Of a stretch of 64,000 nucleotides of DNA, positions 58,971 through 64,000 are shown in pieces. The translations under genes were made by a program, and so were the position numbers. Below the pieces are notes generated by a model. That model had not been told where the DNA came from and did not search any database. It was given only the letters and a program-made list of their open reading frames with translations. Source of the stretch: Blastocystis sp. Blastoise (Eukaryota > Protista > Bigyra: Opalinata); assembly GCA_039096225.1 (NCBI GenBank), contig JBBPEB010000002.1, positions 434,001-498,000 of the forward strand, in the 5' to 3' direction. Position 1 is the first letter of the stretch. Each line of letters starts with the position of its first letter.

Positions 58971-60975
58971 TAATTTTATTTTTTGTTTATTTTTTTAGAT
59001 TCTATGAAGCATAAGGATCATAATGGTGGTCCTTTGGAGTTCAAACTCTACACCAAAAATATTTTTCCTAAATGGGAAAAATATCTTTATAGATTTCAAA
59101 TTTGGAAATCTCAGTTCAGAGATGATGGTCTACAACAGCTATATCAAAAGTCGTTAAATGAAAAGAATTCTTCATTGGTGAGATATATGAGATTAAAAAG
59201 ACCTCACCATGTTTACAGCTGGAAGTTTCATCAAAACGGGAATTCTCAAATTTGCAGTCAAAATTCGAAAAGAATTAGAAAAAATAGAATTGCTGGAAAT
59301 TTCTCTTATTATTATTCTCCCATTTATATAGAGAATAAGAAATCAAACAAGTCCAAAGCTTCTAATAATGACTTCTATAGGTTTTGCGCCACTCGTTTAC
59401 AAAAACCAAACCAAAAATTCTTTCGCAATTAGTTAATCGGCAACAACATGTACCTCGAAAATGTGCTTTCATGATTCATACAAGTAGTGGTAAGGATACT
59501 GAACTCAGAAAACCATGTTTCAGATCAAAAATAATGAAACAAGAGAGAATGGTGAATTATGACTTCAAAAAGTCCTTTCCCAAAAAATGAAAATTCGTAA
59601 ACTACGTGATTCTTCTATCTACTCTTCAAATGATAATCAATGTTTAAATACTTCAAGTATCACTAAAAACAGAGAGAATGGTGACTTGGAACATATTTCA
59701 AAAATTGAAGAAAATGATGTAGAAAGTAAGATAATGATGGTTAACAATGGTTATGATGATACTAATACTTCAATGTTTCCTGATGAGAGAATAGAAACCA
59801 AAATGGATGAGAAAATGTATATATATATATAAATACTACTGATGAGAATAATAATATCGATACTAATACTGTAAAAGATGTAAATGATGATGATAATCCT
59901 ATAGTAAATGAAATGAGTACTGTGGATACTAATACTACTGAAATGGGTAATAATATAGATTATAATGATGAAAATAATATGGAGAGTGATGATTCTTCAT
60001 ATGTTCCAGATTCTGGAATGGATGATAATGATAGTTATACTTCTTCTAGTTATTATACATCAGATATGGATGAAAGTGAAGATAGATGATATAAGTAATG
60101 AAAATAATACTACAAATAATCCTCTAAATATACTTAAAGATGATCTTTTTAATGATGTTAATAAGTATATAGATAAAAATGAATATATAGATAAATATAA
60201 ATATGAAAATGAAATATTAAATGATATAGATAATAAAAATATGAATAATACTCCTATAACTCCTATTAGTCCTAATATTCCTACAACTCTTAATATTTCT
60301 ACAGCTTTTATAACTCCTATAACTCCTAATTCTTCTATAACTCCTAATACTCCTATAACTCCTAATACTCCTATAACTCCTATAACTCCTATCAATCCTT
60401 CTACTACTAATTCTTCTATAACTAAATAATACTTCTATAACTCCTAATACTCCTATAACTCCTTCTATCCCTATAACTGCTATAACCCCTATTACTCCTA
60501 TTACTCCTATTACTCCTTCGACTCCTATTATACCTATTACTCCTATAACTCCTAGGATTCCTACTACTCTTTTGTATAATAATATTATACATAATAATAA
60601 TGTTAATATAAACATGGATACAAATATAAATACAGTTAATAATGAAAAATTAGTTATTAATCCTATAAATATTAATAATAATAATAATAATATATCTATA
60701 GATAATAATTTTACCTCTCCTTTGAATAATAATATTCCTTTAAATATTATTCCTTCTACGAATATAAATGAATGTATTAATTTCAATAAAAATAGTATGA
60801 TAATAGATTCTTCTTTTTCTGATAATACTATAAATAATAATAGTCAAAATATTGATATTGATAATACTACTATAAGTAATAATGATACTTCTACTGATAT
60901 AAATATTATAGATGTAACTGAAGATCAAACTGATACGATGAATACGTTTGATAATAATGAAGATAATGAAGATAA
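58948..60975 (+). pseudogene. Second, diverged and frameshifted copy of the RLE retrotransposon (5' part), interrupted by Helitron H4
   Basis: ATG 59004 [10 protein letters not shown]..; colinear with 48923-51245 with several frameshifts; stops at gataa|tc. Confidence 0.88.
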
Positions 60976-61815
60976 TCTTATATATAAAAGGGATAAGCTC
61001 GCACGAAATTATACTGATATAAATGGACCGATTACTTTTTTGTGTCACGTATCTATGTTACAATGATAACAGATTAAGATACTAGATAAAAAACGTATTA
61101 TTATGCGCTTTTAAAATTTTCAATAATTCCACGTCTAAGGGCCTAAAACTGTCCAACAAAAGAAAATTTAACCGACTCGACCACTAAAATGCGATAAAAA
61201 TCAAAATTTGAATTTCTATCCAATAAATATCTTTCGTACACAAAATTTCTATTTATTTTTCATTTTCTCAGAAATTTCTTCATTTTTTACATTTTTCTTC
61301 TTAAAATTCTTCTTATATTTTTCAATAAATATTTTTTATAATTTTTATTCTTGACTTTTATTTTTCTTTATGATGTACTTTATATTTGTTATTAATTATT
61401 AATATATTTTATTTTAAATACATAACATTTTTCGCCACACACAAAAACGACTTTTAAAATATAAGAAACAATTTAGACCAGTAATCAGTTATCAAAGTGA
61501 CTTAATAGACTTAATTTTAACCTATATACATAAAATAACCTAAATAATGATAATGTATGAAGCTTTGAAAAAATTTGATCCACAAAGTTTTGAGATATCG
61601 GACACATTCTCTTTTGAACCTTTTAAATTTTAATGAAAACTATCTGGATCATCATGATAACTCATGAAACCATCCTAAAAGTCATTAAAACCTGTTTTTG
61701 ACATGTTGAAAAATTAATAAAAAACTTCAATTGCGTGTTCTGTCAACATTTTTTATTTTATTAAATTTTAAACGTTACAGGGTTTATTGTAAGTGTTTAT
61801 ATTCATGAATTATTT
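60976..61815 (+). mobile_element. Helitron H4 (H3 family), 5' ~840 bp only
   Basis: a|TCTTATATATAAAAGGGATAAG; colinear with the reverse complement of ~42870-43708 until the hairpin at 61815. Confidence 0.85.
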
Positions 61816-61943
61816 TAGTAATTCTTCGCACAAACCCAGGCGGCCAAGATATGGCCGACATCCCTATACTGCGAAGTTCGTAGAACTTCGCTAGCATAGG
61901 GATGTTGCCCATATTTGTGTGGGTTTGTGCGAAGAATTACTAA
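61815..61943. other. GC-rich ~129-nt fold-back hairpin at an element boundary
   Basis: Outer stem ttagtaattcttcgcacaaaccca / tgggtttgtgcgaagaattactaa, inner stems acatccctat / atagggatgt and gcgaagttc-gta-gaacttcgc. Confidence 0.85.
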
Positions 61944-62065
61944 TTCTTATCATATAGAAAAATCAAGGGAATAAAGAAAAATACACTATAAAATATGCTA
62001 TTCCCATAAAAATGATTTAAAGAGATTTGATTGGTTAAACTAGAGTGACAATAGGTGTGTCACAC

Positions 62066-62390
62066 TTTTTCATTTCGTTTTCTTTTTCTATATATTATCT
62101 ACTTACTACTTTACTTTTTAAAAGTAATAAGTAAAGAAGTAAGAAAACCCCATATATAATAAAAAGTTTGGGTGAGATAAAAAGAGCCAGTTCGGATTTA
62201 TTTGATTGGTTGAACGAAATATTGGTTCATTTTTTTCATTTCGTTTTCTTTTTCTATATATTATCTACTTACTTACTACTTTACTTTTTAAAAGTAATAA
62301 GTAAAGAAGTAAGAAAACCCCATATATAATAAAAAGTTTGGGTGAGATAAAAAGAGCCAGTTCGGAATCATTTGATTGGATGAACAAAAT
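62066..62390 (+). repeat. Two ~160-bp direct repeats, each ending near an ATTGG (CCAAT) box
   Basis: 62066-62220 and 62232-62390 nearly identical. Confidence 0.9.
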
Positions 62391-62569
62391 GTTTTTCTTG
62401 AAATAATTTCAAATAAAAACATTCAATTTGATATCTTTTAAATTTACCCCTGGATTTCTTTTTTCATTATAAAAATTTAATAAATAAAATATACCCCCAT
62501 GGTTATAATTTTTTTTATTTTTTTTTAATTTAAAATATTTTTCATTTTTATTTTATTTTTAGAAAAAAA

Positions 62570-62974
62570 ATGAGTGAAAATACTTTAATATTTGGTGAAA
62601 AAGAAAAAGACAGGTATTTTGCTATTTATGTTATTTATAAATTATATAGTTTCATTGAAGACCACAATCAAATGAAAAAAGATGCTTGTGATATATTAAG
62701 AGCTGACTTAGCAGAGTGTTCATTAGTTAATACAGCCATGAAAGTAACTAATCCCAAAAACAAAGGAGAAAAGTATATATTAAGCAAACAAATGATAGAT
62801 TTTTTTGAAAAAGAATACTCTCCAGCAGTTAAAAAGTTAATCGGTTTACTTGAAAAAAGTGATGATAATCTTATTGATATCTATAATAAAAATAAAGAAG
62901 ATTTTATTAATTTTGATAAATGTTTTGATAAGATGCTTGATTATCAGTCTAGAATATCGAAATATTTTCATTAA
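62570..62974 (+). CDS. Hypothetical intronless protein, 134 aa
   Basis: A-rich ATG context, normal globular composition, CCCCTGG motif upstream at 62447. Confidence 0.7.
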   Translation: MSENTLIFGEKEKDRYFAIYVIYKLYSFIEDHNQMKKDACDILRADLAECSLVNTAMKVTNPKNKGEKYILSKQMIDFFEKEYSPAVKKLIGLLEKSDDNLIDIYNKNKEDFINFDKCFDKMLDYQSRISKYFH

Positions 62975-63156
62975 AAATATTGAATTCCTATTAGTAGTTT
63001 TTTGTTTATTTTTTTAAATTTTTAAACCACTAAAATCGAATATTCTTTTTAAATATCTAAAAAAGAATAATTAGAACTGACTCTATTTAAAAATATATTT
63101 TAATAATTTCACATAATTTATTTATTTTTTAATTTTTTAAAAGTGGATATTTACGA

Positions 63157-63441
63157 ATGGATAAGGAAATTAATAACACCCAGGATGTATGTAAAGATGT
63201 TGAAATGGATTCAGATCATCCTAAAACACCTAAGAAGCCCCGCCAACCCCGTGCAGTCTCAATAATTAAACGTAAAGGTGAAGATATTCAAGTTATTCCT
63301 GATTATTTACTGGTTTTCCTTAAGAATTTTAAAGTTATGCTTGATGATCTGCTAATGAATGATATGACCCAACGTCAGAAAATTGATGAATTATTTGAAA
63401 ATGATGAATCATCAAATTCTAAAAGAAAAAGAACTGCTTAA
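63157..63441 (+). CDS. Hypothetical intronless protein, 94 aa, basic NLS-like motifs
   Basis: PKTPKKPRQPR and KRKRTA; non-repetitive ORF. Confidence 0.65.
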   Translation: MDKEINNTQDVCKDVEMDSDHPKTPKKPRQPRAVSIIKRKGEDIQVIPDYLLVFLKNFKVMLDDLLMNDMTQRQKIDELFENDESSNSKRKRTA

Positions 63442-63715
63442 TTTGTCTTAAAATTATCATTAATTAATAAAATTTTGTTTTGTTTTCTTTAAAACTGTTG
63501 GATAAATATCTTTAAGCCCATAATACACAACTCTATTAATTTTTTATAATAAAATGTAATTTAACCCCTGGATAATAACATTCCAGCCCCTGGATTGTTT
63601 CTCTATTATTTTTTAATAATAAACTTTCAATACCCCCTGGATCACTAAAAACGAAATCTTTTTTATTTTATTATAAATTTATTTTCATATTTATTTATAT
63701 TTATTTGGTGAAAAA

Positions 63716-63952
63716 ATGAAATTTTCGTTACAACACGATTTGATGACTGCCTGCTTAAATATTAAAAGATTGCAGCGTATGATCACAAAGATGCAGGAGG
63801 AAATAGATGATATGGTTGATACTATTGATAGAATTAATGATACTGTTCTAGAAGATTATTTAGAATTAACTGATGAAGATGATGATATTGAAGATCCTCC
63901 AAAATCACCAAGAAGTCCTCGAAGTATGGTCGAAAAAATCTTAAAATTTTAA
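63716..63952 (+). CDS. Hypothetical intronless protein, 78 aa, coiled-coil-like with acidic and SPR tail
   Basis: aaaaaATG context; three CCCCTGGAT motifs upstream (63565, 63587, 63634). Confidence 0.65.
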   Translation: MKFSLQHDLMTACLNIKRLQRMITKMQEEIDDMVDTIDRINDTVLEDYLELTDEDDDIEDPPKSPRSPRSMVEKILKF

Positions 63953-64000
63953 TTCATCTGCTTTTTATTTTTATCATATGAGTTTTAAATATATTCAGTT

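Overview
Very AT-rich eukaryotic (protist-like) DNA with short GT-AG introns and many (AT)n/(AAT)n tracts. Almost the whole window is nested mobile DNA. All boundaries below were read by eye from terminal inverted repeats (TIRs), target-site duplications (TSDs) and empty-site comparisons. (1) 1975-38913: a nested stack of three related CACTA/EnSpm elements (A 1975-38913 contains B 12104-38326, which contains Helitron H2 28364-37791, which contains C 30068-36784). B also holds Helitron H1 (13232-15926) and a hAT MITE. A and B each carry a spliced CACTA transposase, a divergent spliced companion gene and decayed cargo. C is a Pack-type element carrying spliced host-gene fragments. All three have minus-strand arrays of apparently non-coding micro-exons near both ends. 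H1 and H2 carry a 68-nt tRNA-like cloverleaf. (2) 39047-44646: a piggyBac-like element with 41-bp TIRs, no TTAA flanks and an internal SAP-like domain; one intron holds Helitron H3 plus the same MITE. (3) 48873-60975: a tRNA-Phe(GAA) gene followed by two tandem RLE-type (R2-group) non-LTR retrotransposons, each beginning with the 3' 23 nt of the tRNA, i.e. site-specific insertion in the T-arm that leaves a full-length tRNA. (4) 60976-64000: a Helitron 5' part cut off by a ~129-nt fold-back hairpin, then direct repeats and three short intronless ORFs. Protein family calls rest on motif recognition only; no searches were run.
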